DNA of 50,954 nucleotides from Alphaproteobacteria bacterium (GTDB taxonomy: Bacteria > Pseudomonadota > Alphaproteobacteria > RF32 > CAG-239): contig JAFVFH010000054.1 in assembly GCA_017475525.1 (NCBI GenBank), positions 1-50,954 of the forward strand. Direction: 5' to 3'. The notes below the pieces were generated by a model, which saw only the letters and a program-made list of their open reading frames with translations, was not told the origin of the DNA and did no database searches. Every line of letters starts with the position of its first letter. Positions within the stretch are counted from its first letter, which is position 1. Of this stretch, positions 36,968-47,534 are shown piece after piece. A program made the position numbers and the translations under genes.

Positions 36968-38779
36968 TTATGACATTGTTGAAAGCATGATTTTTTGGAA
37001 AATCTGTGCGGGGATTTCGCCACCGGTGACGTTTTTCATCGGTGAATTATCGTCATTTCCGACCCAGACGGCAACAACATATTGTTTTGTAAAACCGACA
37101 AACCAAGCGTCACGATAGTCTTGCGAAGTCCCTGTCTTGCCGGCGACGAATGCGGGAAGTTTGGCGCGCTTTCCTGTGCCGGAATTGACAACATTTTCAA
37201 GCATTTTTGTGATTTTTTGAACTGTTTTCTCATCTAAGACTCGGATAGGCTCATCTAAGGTGCGTTCATAAAGTTGTTTGCCGTCTTTGGAATATATTTC
37301 CGAAATGGCATAGGGCCATGCGGCATATCCGCCGTTTGCGATGGAAAGATAGGCGGTTGCCATATCAATCACTTTGACTTCCGATGAGCCGAGCGCTAAC
37401 GACGGAATTTTCTTTAATGGGGTGGTGATGCCCATCTTTTTGGCGTTTTTGATGATGTCATTTAAGCTGAAATGGCGGCTCAAGTTAACGGTTGCAAGGT
37501 TCAGAGAGTTGGTAAAAGCAAAATTTAAGCTCACATCACCGTAGTGCTTTTTGTTATAATTTTCGGGTTTCCATTTGCCGACGGTTACGGGTGTGTCGGA
37601 GATGATGTCATCCGGCTCAAAACTGTGTTGAAGCGCAGTAATGTAAACAAAAGTTTTGAAGGCAGAACCCGGTTGACGCAAGGCTTGTGTGGCGCGGTTG
37701 AACTGGTTTTTTTGATAATTGATGCCACCAACCAAGGCTTTGATGGCGCCTTTATAATCCAAAATAACAAGAGCGCCTTCCGTGACGTTGTTTTTGGCAT
37801 TGTCAGCAACGGTTTGACGCAAAATTGTTTCTGCTTTTTGCTGGAGATCTTGATCTAAGGTTGTGCTTACATAAATATCTTGGTCGCGCTCGCCGATGTA
37901 GTCATTGACCTCAGAATAAACCATGTCGGCAAAGTGTTTTGCCCCTTCAACTTTGAAGGAGGTTGTGTCATGAAGGGGTTCTTTTTTGGCTTTTTCAAAC
38001 TCGCCTTCGGTGATGGTGCCGTGTTTGAGCATTATTGCCAAAACTGTTTGAGCGCGGTCGGAGGCGTTCTTTTTGCTGTAAATCGGGTTGTAACGTGACG
38101 GGGCTTTAAGCATTCCCGCAATAACCGCCGCTTCTTTTAGGCTTAAGTCGCGTGAGGATTTGCCGAAATATTTATTTGCCGCCGCTTCAATACCGTAAAC
38201 GCCGGCGCCTAAATAAACACGGTTCAGATAGAGCGTTAAAATCTGCTCTTTTGTGAATTTTTTTTCAAGCCAAAAAGAAATCAAAAGCTCTTGAACCTTG
38301 CGCTTAACGCTTTTTTTGGGAGTTAAGAAGAGGTTTTTTGCCACTTGTTGTGTGATGGTGGAAGCGCCTTGGGCATAGCGTTTTAAGAAGATGTTGGCGA
38401 TGGCGGCACGGGTAAAGCCGATGATGTCAAAGCCAAAGTGAGCATAAAAACGGCGGTCTTCAACGTCAATAATGGCAGCAGGGACATAATAGGGCAAATC
38501 TTGTAAATAAACAACCGATGAAAAGCTGTTGCCGAATGTTTGAATTTCGTTGCCGTTTTCGGCGATGACGGTTGTTGACGGTTGGCGCGTTTTTGAAAGC
38601 GCAACTTCAATATCGGGCAAAGTTGCGTAGCAATACAAAACATATGACGCTATGAGCGCAAAAATTGAGAAAGCGCTGACAAGAAAGACTTTAATCAGTT
38701 TTTTCTTAAATGTTTTTTTTGTGTTTTTTTTGCGTTTTTTAGGGGTGCGCTTTGATGTTTTTTTTGCTTTTTGAACCAT
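36968..38779 (-). CDS. class A penicillin-binding protein (PBP1A family)
   Basis: EDRRF, GASTITQQ, SAFK, SLN and KTGT motifs; start reassigned to 38779. Confidence 0.93.
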   Translation of the reverse strand: MVQKAKKTSKRTPKKRKKNTKKTFKKKLIKVFLVSAFSIFALIASYVLYCYATLPDIEVALSKTRQPSTTVIAENGNEIQTFGNSFSSVVYLQDLPYYVPAAIIDVEDRRFYAHFGFDIIGFTRAAIANIFLKRYAQGASTITQQVAKNLFLTPKKSVKRKVQELLISFWLEKKFTKEQILTLYLNRVYLGAGVYGIEAAANKYFGKSSRDLSLKEAAVIAGMLKAPSRYNPIYSKKNASDRAQTVLAIMLKHGTITEGEFEKAKKEPLHDTTSFKVEGAKHFADMVYSEVNDYIGERDQDIYVSTTLDQDLQQKAETILRQTVADNAKNNVTEGALVILDYKGAIKALVGGINYQKNQFNRATQALRQPGSAFKTFVYITALQHSFEPDDIISDTPVTVGKWKPENYNKKHYGDVSLNFAFTNSLNLATVNLSRHFSLNDIIKNAKKMGITTPLKKIPSLALGSSEVKVIDMATAYLSIANGGYAAWPYAISEIYSKDGKQLYERTLDEPIRVLDEKTVQKITKMLENVVNSGTGKRAKLPAFVAGKTGTSQDYRDAWFVGFTKQYVVAVWVGNDDNSPMKNVTGGEIPAQIFQKIMLSTMS

Positions 38780-38840
38780 TGATATTCTCCATGTTAAGGG
38801 AGAGTATATGTGCAAATGTCTTAAAAAATTATCAATATGG

Positions 38841-38938
38841 GGGCTTGTATAATGGCTCATCTGAAGTCATTTTTTCCTTGTGCATGCTTTTTGTACACGG
38901 CGTCAAAAATGACGGGTATTTGACTCATTTCCAAACCC
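38841..38938. repeat. REP/RPE-like palindrome, family 2
   Basis: gtataatggct...tgtacac.gcg...gtattt...catt framework shared with 4849-4940; the inner stem differs (gtcattttt/aaaaatgac). Confidence 0.65.
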
Positions 38939-38953
38939 TTGGATTTTATAGCT

Positions 38954-39829
38954 TTATTTATAGCGCAGTTTGAAGGTGTTGCCTGTTTTTTTAGAAACAA
39001 GTGAGGCTTCTTCTATCGTATAAAAACGCCTGTTCTCTCGTTTGCCGGATGTTGTGACAAGTTTTCCTTTATTGTCAAACACATAGGTCACACCATTGAC
39101 TTGTTTTGTTGTGGCTTTGATTGATTTGAGCTCGCCATAACCTGCCGCTTCTAAATTTGCGTCGCATTTTTTTGTATCTCCCGTGCAATAGATTTTGAGA
39201 TTTTCTAAATCAACACGCATATTTTCACCGTGCTCGGTAAAAATATGTCCTAAGGCGGTTTTGTCGCTGATGGTTAGGGTTAAAAGACTTTCACATGCGC
39301 TTAAAGTTGCAGAACCTAAGTTTGTAACAGAATCAGGAATAAAAACGTCTGTCAGTGACGTTCCGCGAAAAGCCTCAGCAATGTCTGTCACGGAAGATGG
39401 AATATTAATTTTTTTTAAGTCGGACCAGTTAAAAGCCGCAGTATCAATTTTGGTCACGGAATCCGGAATAACAACTTCATTAAGTATAGCGCCATAAAAA
39501 GCATTAGCGCTGATAGTTGTTATTGATGAAGGGATTTGAAGTATGCCCTCATCCTTAATACCATGAAAAGCTTGCCAACCTAAATCTTTGATGGTGTCTT
39601 CAATCACAATATTACGGATATCTTGACCACGCCATGGTGCCAATATTCCTGTACCATTAGACCAGCTTCCGATATTGCCATTATTACCTGTGCCGCGAAT
39701 CGTTAAAGTGCCATTGACAATTTGGTATTCGCAATTTGCCGTATTGCCCTTGGCATCTGTGCCGCAAGCTTCCCACGCGTTGGCGTTAAAACTTGCAAGT
39801 ATTGCTAAAATCAAAACTGTTTTTTTCAT
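38954..39829 (-). CDS. secreted BspA-type (LRR_5) protein with conserved C-terminal tag
   Basis: Signal peptide; IPSSITTI, IPDSVTKI and IPSSVTDI repeats; ends RRFYTIEEASLVSKKTGNTFKLRYK. Confidence 0.9.
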   Translation of the reverse strand: MKKTVLILAILASFNANAWEACGTDAKGNTANCEYQIVNGTLTIRGTGNNGNIGSWSNGTGILAPWRGQDIRNIVIEDTIKDLGWQAFHGIKDEGILQIPSSITTISANAFYGAILNEVVIPDSVTKIDTAAFNWSDLKKINIPSSVTDIAEAFRGTSLTDVFIPDSVTNLGSATLSACESLLTLTISDKTALGHIFTEHGENMRVDLENLKIYCTGDTKKCDANLEAAGYGELKSIKATTKQVNGVTYVFDNKGKLVTTSGKRENRRFYTIEEASLVSKKTGNTFKLRYK

Positions 39830-39850
39830 AAATTTGACTCCTTTCTAAAT

Positions 39851-40013
39851 AAAAAAATCCGTTCGAGATAAACAAAACGGAGGAGGAGCTCAAAGAACTG
39901 TTGGTGCACAGCTTGTCTTATTCGACGCAAAATTGACGCTTATATCGACTACTCCTCATCAAGGAGTTGAACACCAAAGATGTCTTTGAAACACCGCAAC
40001 CATTTTGGTTACG
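39851..40013 (-). ncRNA. putative structured leader/attenuator (copy B)
   Basis: Homolog of copy A with compensatory changes; promoter TTGACT-17-CATCAT at 40047-40019; terminator tccgtt/aacgga plus U7. Confidence 0.75.
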
Positions 40014-40158
40014 CTTTTATGATGCCACATCAAACGTTAAAAGTCAAATAAAAAAGGTTTTAATTATGTGTTTTTTGAGCTTTTCATATTAAAAAAGTTT
40101 GTTATATTGTTAAATATGGAAGCGGCATATATGTGCCTGATGGCACAACGCCGGCTTT

Positions 40159-40396
40159 GAGATCCTTGGACGAGGTGAGGCGAAAGCGTAGCGTGAGGGA
40201 TGACTTTTAAAACTGTCATGGCTCGCTGAGCCTGAAAGGCGAAACAAAAAAGTCATGCCTCGATTCCGTCAGGAATCGTCAGGGCATCTACGAATTTTAT
40301 TTTTTTCTAATTCGTAGACCCCTTGACGCACTCGGCTTTTCAAGCCTCGGCGAGGGGTGACTCTTTGGTTTGCCTAAAGGCAAAGTGAGGGATGAC
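40159..40396. repeat. cluster of family-1 REP-like palindromes
   Basis: Several agatcc/agaccc...gg(a/g)tgac and gtcatg units in alternating orientation. Confidence 0.7.
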
Positions 40397-40419
40397 ATAA
40401 GGAATAAAAAGGAAAAACG

Positions 40420-43161
40420 ATGGCGAAAAAGATTTGTTTGGTTGACGGTTCGGGGTATATTTTCAGGGCGTTTTATGCGCTTCCGATTTTGACCTCGCCC
40501 AAAGGGGTGCCGGTTAATGCCGTTTTGGGCTTTGTGAATATGTTTATGAGACTTCGCTCAAAAATTGCCTGTGATTATTGTTTGGTTTTGTTTGATGCGA
40601 AACGCCAAAATTTCAGAAATGAGATTTTTGCTGATTACAAAGGCACACGAAAAGAGACACCCGAAGAACTCATTGCCCAATTTCCGATTATTAGGGAAGC
40701 TGTTAATGCCTTAAATATCCATTTTTTGGAGATGGAAGGATACGAAGCAGATGATTTGATTGCAACTTATGCCAAAAAAGCCCGCGAAAAGGGGTATGAG
40801 GTGGTGGTTGTTTCTGCCGATAAAGACCTGATGCAGCTCATTAAAGAGGGGGTCGAATATTATGACGGGATGAAAGACAAGTTTTTTACGCCCTCAGATG
40901 TTAAGGAAAAATTCGGCGTTTTGCCTGACAAAGTGGTTGATGTGCAAGCGCTTTCGGGCGATTCCATCGACAATGTGCCGGGGGTGCCGGGGATTGGGCC
41001 GAAAACAGCCGCCGAGCTTGTGAATGCGTTCGGCTCACTCGAAGAAGTATTGGCGCATGCTTCGGAAATTAAGCAAAACAAGCGTCGCGAAACACTTTTG
41101 GAAAATATTGAAAATGCGCGGATTTCGAAAAAACTTGTGACGCTAAAAGATGATGTGCCGATAAGTGTTGATGTTGATGAATTTGCCTGCCGTGCGCCGG
41201 AGAAAAAAAAGGTGATGGATTTTATTGCCGAATATGATTTGAAAAGTCTCAAAGCGCGTGCGGAAAAATGGATTGATGAACAATGTGCGATTTTAGGCGA
41301 AGCGCCGTGTGAAACAAAAAAAGAAGTTGTTAAAGAGTATGAACTGATACAAGACGAAGCGGCATTGGCGCGCTTTGTTGAAAAAATTAAAAATGCTCGA
41401 ATGTTTGCAATAGATACGGAAACAACGGGTTTGAACCCTCATAAAGATAAAATCGTCGGGTTTTCTCTTGCATATAAAGAAGGAAAAGCTTGCTATGTGC
41501 CGTTAAATCACGGCGGACAAGCAATTGAAGATTTGTTTGGTGCGACTCAAAGACCTAAGCAGATTCCAATTGAAACGGCCAAAAAATATCTCAAGCCTCT
41601 TTTGGAAGATAAAGCCATTTTAAAAATCGGGCACAATATCAAGTTTGATATGCATTTTTTAAGCCAAATTATCGGGGATGAATCGGATATTCAACCTTAT
41701 GATGACACGGCTGTGATCAGTTATTGTTTGGATAGTTTAGAACACGGGCACGGTATGGATGAGCTTGCAAAAATCTTTTTGGATTATGACACAATCAAAT
41801 ATGAAGATGTTTGCGGATCGGGTAAAAATAAAATCAGTTTTGATCAAGTGGAGCTTGTCAAAGCGCTCGATTATGCCGCCGAAGATGCAGACATTACTTT
41901 ACGACTTTACAATATCTTAAAACCACGCTTGATTAAAGAAAAAAAATTGTCTCTCTATGAAAATATTGACAGACCTCTTGTTGCGATTTTACAAAATATG
42001 GAGCGCGAGGGAATTATGGTTGATGCCAAATCTTTGATGGCGCTTGATGAGGATTTTTCAAACCGGATGCGGCGATTGGAAAATGAGATTTATGCGCTTG
42101 CCGGACAAGAATTTAATCTTGCATCGCCAAAGCAAATCGGTGATGTGCTGTTTGTTAAAATGGGCATTAAGGGCAAAAAAACGGCAACAGGTGCTTTTCA
42201 GACCGGTGCAGATGTTTTGGAAGATTTGGCTGCCGAATATGAATTGCCGAAAAAGATTTTGGAGTGGCGCGGTTTTCAAAAGCTTAAATCAACCTACACA
42301 AGCGCACTTTTAGAAGAAGCGGATTCAAATGCTCGGGTGCATACGACTTTTGCGCAAACGGTTGTGAACACCGGAAGACTCGCTTCATCAAATCCGAATT
42401 TGCAAAATATTCCTATCAGAACCGAGGAGGGTAAAAAAATCATGGCGGCTTTTACGGCTCAAAAAGGGTATAAAATCATTTCTGCCGATTACAGCCAAGT
42501 GGAACTCAGATTGCTTGCGGCGGTGGCTGATGTGAAGGCCTTAAAAGAGGCGTTTAGAAATGAGGTGGATATTCACGCTTTAACGGCAAGCAGGGTTTTT
42601 CATATTCCGCTTGATAAAATCGATTCAAACAAGCGCCGTGATGCAAAAGCCATCAATTTCGGCATTGTTTACGGCATTTCGCAATACGGGCTTGCGCGCC
42701 AACTTGGGATTTCAAACGAAGAGGCTAAGAATTATATTGATTCTTATTTTGCGGCGATGCCGGAAATCAAAAAATATATGGCAGATACAATCGAGTTTGC
42801 GCACAAAAACGGATATGTTCTCACACCTTACGGGCGAAAATGCTTTGTGGGTTCGATTAATGATCAAAACAAGCGTCTAGTCTCGTTTGCCGAGCGTGCG
42901 GCTATCAATGCGCCGATTCAGGGCGGTGCGTCGGATATTATCAAGATGGCGATGAAAAAAGTTGATTTTGCCTTAAAAGAGGGCGGATTTGAAACAAAAA
43001 TGTTGCTTCAAGTGCATGATGAGCTTGTTTTTGAGGCGCCGTAAAATGAGGTTGAGGCGGTGCAACAAGTGATTAAAAACGCAATGGAAGGTGTCGTCAA
43101 GTTTGATATACCGTTTATTGCCGAAGTGGGTTTAGGCGAAAACTGGAGCGAGGCACATTAA
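40420..43161 (+). CDS. polA: DNA polymerase I with an in-frame TAA at 43042-43044
   Basis: 5'-3' exonuclease, DTET, DYSQVELR and QVHDEL motifs; the frame continues past TAA as NEVEAV...GENWSEAH. Confidence 0.95.
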
Positions 43162-44174
43162 TTGTTTTGGGTGTAGGCAAGCAGGCGTTTTCTGATTAAG
43201 CCGCGAAGAGATATTTCGGGACGCGCGCCGTAGTGAGTGATAATCTCGCCGGCGACAATACCGCCCATTAAAGCGCAAACGCCTAAAGTTTTGCCGTTGA
43301 CAAGACCGTGCATAAAACCGGCGGCATACAAATCGCCCGCGCCCGTGGTGTCAACAACATCTTTGATTTCTTCAGCCTCAACAAATGTTTTAATGCGCCC
43401 ATTGACCACAACGGAGCCTTGTGCATTGCGGGTAACGGCGCCGATTTCAACAATATTTTTAAGTTTATCAAGTGCGGGCATTAAGTCCGTTTCTTTGAAA
43501 AAGGCTTTGATTTCATCTTCGTTTGCAAACAAAATATCGACATGCTTGTCAACAAATTTTAAGAGTTCCTGACGGTGCGAAAGAACACAGCTCACGTCTG
43601 AAAGCGTAAATGCAACCTTTCGGCCGTATTTGTGAGCCAAATCGGCGGCTCTTAAAAGCGCTTGTCTGGCACCTTCGGAATCCCATAAATAGCCCTCAAG
43701 AAATGTGTATTTTGAGGCTTTGATGATGTTTTCATCAATATCATCAGGGGTCAAACGCGTGGCGGCTCCTAAATAGGTGAACATGGAGCGTTCGGCATCG
43801 GGTGTGACCAAGACAATGCTTCTGCCTGTTGAGGGGCCGGATTTTAACGGCGGTGTGTCAAAGTCAATGCCGGCGGCGCCGATATCACGGCGGAAAGTTT
43901 GTCCGAGCTCATCATCGTAGACCTTGCCGATGAAAGCGCAATCAGAGCCTAAGGAAGCCAATCCTGCAACAATATTTGCTGCACTGCCACCGGAAACCTC
44001 ACGCTCGGGATCCATATCGGCATAAATTTTTCCGGCGGTTTGGGCATCAACCAAAGTCATACGCCCTTTTTGAAAGCCGCGATCGGTTAAGAATTTGTCG
44101 CTGACTTTGCCTAAAACGTCAATCATGGCATTGCCGATGCCGACAACATCATATATCGTTTTTTGTTCAAACAT
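43158..44174 (-). CDS. PfkB-family sugar/adenosine kinase
   Basis: GGSAAN, EGYLWD and DTTGAGD motifs. Confidence 0.92.
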   Translation of the reverse strand: MFEQKTIYDVVGIGNAMIDVLGKVSDKFLTDRGFQKGRMTLVDAQTAGKIYADMDPEREVSGGSAANIVAGLASLGSDCAFIGKVYDDELGQTFRRDIGAAGIDFDTPPLKSGPSTGRSIVLVTPDAERSMFTYLGAATRLTPDDIDENIIKASKYTFLEGYLWDSEGARQALLRAADLAHKYGRKVAFTLSDVSCVLSHRQELLKFVDKHVDILFANEDEIKAFFKETDLMPALDKLKNIVEIGAVTRNAQGSVVVNGRIKTFVEAEEIKDVVDTTGAGDLYAAGFMHGLVNGKTLGVCALMGGIVAGEIITHYGARPEISLRGLIRKRLLAYTQNN

Positions 44175-44244
44175 AAAATTTTCTCCAAACTGATGAAAAG
44201 ATAAGATTAAAAGCCTTAAAAAGCAAGATTTTTATTGTATATTT

Positions 44245-44907
44245 TTATTGAATCGAAAAAATAAATTCAAGCAAATGTTTCAAATTTCGGCGGGCAAAAA
44301 AATCGTCTTGTAAAAAATCTTTCTTGAAAGCCGGCAGATTTTTATCAAGAAATGTGATGCCGGATTCAAAACCTTTGGCATAAAGAGGGTTGATGTCAAA
44401 AGGCGGGGTGAGGATATATCCCGACAACATAGCGGATTTTCGGAGTTTTTGAAGGGTTTGCTCGTCAAGATTCAAAGAAGGGACAACAAAGTGTTTGAAG
44501 GCATTTTTGCCCATGGTACCACGGGCTTTTTTGGCATTCCATAAAGCAGAAGACAAAGAAGATTTGACATCTGTCAAATCGTTTGCAATGTCCGTATTGT
44601 CGGCAAAGGTGAGCAAAATATCTGTCTCTTTTAAGAAATCAAATGTATGCACATCTAAAACAACAAATGAAAAGTCGGCTTTGGGGTTCAAATTTTTCAG
44701 AGAACTGAAATAAGCCGGAACGGGTAAAGTATCATTGTTTTTGAGATTGAAATGGTGGCGCTTGGCAAGAAACATTTCAAGCTTTTCATTTTGATTTGAG
44801 ATGAGAGATGTTTTATTTTTTTCTGCCAAAACGATGGCTAAATGTGCCGAAAAAAGGGTTTGCTTTGTTTTGTCTTGAGGGTCTGAAATGTATATGATTT
44901 GCGCCAT
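44245..44907 (-). CDS. divergent MipZ-like protein
   Basis: HLAIVL, R...LPVP, ALWNAKKAR, GITFLD and ARRNLKHL resemble MipZ blocks as recalled; no Walker A. Confidence 0.6.
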   Translation of the reverse strand: MAQIIYISDPQDKTKQTLFSAHLAIVLAEKNKTSLISNQNEKLEMFLAKRHHFNLKNNDTLPVPAYFSSLKNLNPKADFSFVVLDVHTFDFLKETDILLTFADNTDIANDLTDVKSSLSSALWNAKKARGTMGKNAFKHFVVPSLNLDEQTLQKLRKSAMLSGYILTPPFDINPLYAKGFESGITFLDKNLPAFKKDFLQDDFFARRNLKHLLEFIFSIQ

Positions 44908-44910
44908 ATT

Positions 44911-46092
44911 TTACCTTTCGGCAAATTGTGTCTTGTTTTCAATGAAAGCGGCAACGCATTCTTGCTTTTTGTTTTGAAGCGCAACGCAAAGTTTGCCGGC
45001 ATCGGCTTTGTTTAAGCCTGCAATTTGTGCACGATAAAGAGGTTTGCCGGAGCGCTCGAGTTTTTCAATTTGAATGTTGTTGGCTTTGAGCTTGTTTGAA
45101 TATTGTTTTTGGACAGCGCTTGCGTGTTGCATGGCTTTGTCATAACTCGAAAAAGCACCGATTCGGATGGCAAAATCAGAGGCAGGTTTGGCCTTTGGAC
45201 TCACGGAAATATTGTTTTGCGCAAGCAGTGTTCTTGTTTGCCCGCCTTTGGGCATTTCAATTTCGGCCTTAAGCTGTTGGACATCAATTTTTTTGTTTGA
45301 GGCTAAACGCTTAAAAACAGTATCCATCATAAAAGCAACTTTTTCATCACGCTCATCGGCTGTTTTATGTCCCATGGTGACAACAAACACGCGGTGGTTA
45401 CCACGTTTGGCTGAAGTCACGATATTAAAGCCGGCATTTGCCGTATAGCCTGTTTTCAAGCCATCGGCGCCCTCAAAGGTTTGTAAAAGGTTGTTATGCC
45501 CCTGTATCACTTGTCCCTGATATTCAAATTCGGTTAATGAGAAAAGGGAATAATATTGAGGAAAGTGATGATAAATAGCCAACGCCAAAATCGCCATATC
45601 ACGTGCGGTGGATTTTTGTTCGGAATGGTTGAGGCCGGAGGCATTTTTGAATGTGGTGTTTTTCATGCCGAGTTTTTGTGCGGTTTTAGTCATCATTTTT
45701 GCAAATTCACGCTCGTTTCCGCCGGAAAGCGCTTCGCCTAAAACGGTGGCGCAGTCATTGGCAGATTTGATGATCGAGGCTAAAATACAGGTTTTGACAT
45801 CGATAACGTCACCATGATTTAAGCCGAGTCTTGAAGGTGAACGAGAAGCGGCGGTGTATGATGTTTTGAGTTTGTCATCCATTTTGAGGTTGCCGTTTTC
45901 AAGGGCATTAAAGGTGATGTAAAGCGTCATCAACTTGGTCAAACTTGCAGGATAGCGTTTTTCATCGGCATTATGGGCATATAAAACATCACCGCTTTGC
46001 GCATCTATCATAATGGACGATGTGCCGGCTGTTGCGACGGCGGATTTGAAAAGAAAGAGAGCAAGAAAAGCAAGCAATAACGTTTTTTTCAT
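44911..46092 (-). CDS. D-alanyl-D-alanine carboxypeptidase (S11) with SPOR domain
   Basis: PASLTK, SAND and KTG motifs; C-terminal IRIGAF...YRA. Confidence 0.92.
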   Translation of the reverse strand: MKKTLLLAFLALFLFKSAVATAGTSSIMIDAQSGDVLYAHNADEKRYPASLTKLMTLYITFNALENGNLKMDDKLKTSYTAASRSPSRLGLNHGDVIDVKTCILASIIKSANDCATVLGEALSGGNEREFAKMMTKTAQKLGMKNTTFKNASGLNHSEQKSTARDMAILALAIYHHFPQYYSLFSLTEFEYQGQVIQGHNNLLQTFEGADGLKTGYTANAGFNIVTSAKRGNHRVFVVTMGHKTADERDEKVAFMMDTVFKRLASNKKIDVQQLKAEIEMPKGGQTRTLLAQNNISVSPKAKPASDFAIRIGAFSSYDKAMQHASAVQKQYSNKLKANNIQIEKLERSGKPLYRAQIAGLNKADAGKLCVALQNKKQECVAAFIENKTQFAER

Positions 46093-46189
46093 TTTTTTTC
46101 CTTTGGGTTAAAAGCTTAAATCTGGCAAAGAGAATAAAAGAAAAAGGGTAAAAAAGAGTTAATAAATAAAATTTGTTGCAAAATAAATA

Positions 46190-46457
46190 TCGTGAGTTCG
46201 AGTCCTGTTCCTTATCCCATAAAAAAAGCCCACTTAAAAGTGAGCTTTTTTATATGGGGCGGATTATGAGACTACTTCGCATAACACTTCGTGTTAGCTC
46301 GTTCACTGCGCTCATCGGCAAAGCCGATCGCGATGCTTCCGCCTCGCTTTCGCTTGTAGTCAAACTCACTTTTTCGTGAGTTCGAGTCCTGTTCCTTATC
46401 CCATAAAAAAAGCCCACTTAAAAGTGAGCTTTTTTATATGGGGCGGATTATGAGACT
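46190..46457. repeat. 84 bp exact direct repeat including the tRNA-His 3' end and terminator
   Basis: 46190-46273 is identical to 46374-46457. Confidence 0.95.
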
Positions 46458-46516
46458 CGAACTCACGACATCTGGTACCACAAACCAGCGCTCTAACCAA
46501 CTGAGCTAAATCCGCC
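46439..46516 (-). tRNA. tRNA-His (GTG)
   Basis: Anticodon arm ctggt-ttGTGgt-accag; G-1:C73; encoded CCA. Confidence 0.97.
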
Positions 46517-46759
46517 ATCGGCAAAAACTTTTTTAAGCGCAATCTTTTCAAAAGTCAAGCATAAATATTATTTTTATGTTCATGTTGCAAAAGTTTCACA
46601 CGGAAAAGGGGATTATAAGAGGGATTTTCGGGACAGGTTGATACCTGCTTTAAGGATGACGGGAAAGGAGAGGGGGAACTCGTTTGTTATCCCCCCCCCT
46701 TAATGCCACATCAAAGGCAAAAAGTTAAATAGATTCTTGTAAAGAACAGGTCGAATTTC

Positions 46760-47533
46760 TTATTTAAAACTCTCTTTTTGAACGCGGATGAAGTTCAAAA
46801 TAAGTGTGAAAATCAACAAAAGCGTGAGTTCAAAAAGGTATTCACTTACAATGTTATATATGAAATACGGTTCAAAAATGCTTGCTTTCAAGCTGTTGTT
46901 GACGCTTATAAACAAAAGCAGGCAAAAACCTAATACAACCGCAAATGAAAAGAAAATTTTTGAGAGCTTAAACCGTGTTTTTTGATAAATTTGCTTAAAA
47001 TTGTGCCATGGCTTGTTTTCAATCAGCAGAGCTAAGTTGGAATAAAAACGAAGCGAGGCAAACGGAAGAGCAAAGCCGAGCGATACAAAGCTAAAATAAA
47101 TCAGCTCGATTTGCCAAACGGGATTCGGGTTTCGGACAAGCAGAAGATAGAGGCTCAACGCCGGCAGAGAATTAAAAATGATAAAAGCGATAAAAAGCGC
47201 AAAAAATTTGAAAAATGCACGAATATTTGACCGAAAATAAGAAAAATTGATGTTTTGGTTTAGGTAAGTCGAATCATACCATGCACGCAAAAAAACGGAG
47301 AGGATAAAAAGTTTGATCAATAAATAAGCCATGTAACCCGAAAGATTGTTGAGGCAAAACGCTTTGTCTTTCAGCGGAGAAATGTTGCATCCCAAAGGCT
47401 CGCCGAAAACAAAAGCAAGAGCGCAAAGCACTAAGGCAAAACTCAAAGACAATTTCAAAAAAGATTTGATGTTGTCCGTGATGTCTAAAAAAGGTTTGGA
47501 AAAAGCTTTGATAACCGAATACTTTTGTTCCAT
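46760..47533 (-). CDS. multi-pass membrane protein
   Basis: About 6 hydrophobic segments; ATG 47533 lies 1 nt after the dnaE stop, with an AAGGAG RBS. Confidence 0.85.
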   Translation of the reverse strand: MEQKYSVIKAFSKPFLDITDNIKSFLKLSLSFALVLCALAFVFGEPLGCNISPLKDKAFCLNNLSGYMAYLLIKLFILSVFLRAWYDSTYLNQNINFSYFRSNIRAFFKFFALFIAFIIFNSLPALSLYLLLVRNPNPVWQIELIYFSFVSLGFALPFASLRFYSNLALLIENKPWHNFKQIYQKTRFKLSKIFFSFAVVLGFCLLLFISVNNSLKASIFEPYFIYNIVSEYLFELTLLLIFTLILNFIRVQKESFK

Positions 47534-47534
47534 C

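Noticed and set aside
43042-43044. Programmed recoding (Sec/Pyl) or an alternative genetic code in polA
   Set aside because: The codon is TAA, which ends most genes in the window normally; no recoding signal is evident.
46691-46699. C9 tract as a phase-variation switch
   Set aside because: It is intergenic, outside the spacer of a decayed promoter, has no downstream ORF, and can pair with the nearby ggggg run as a hairpin.
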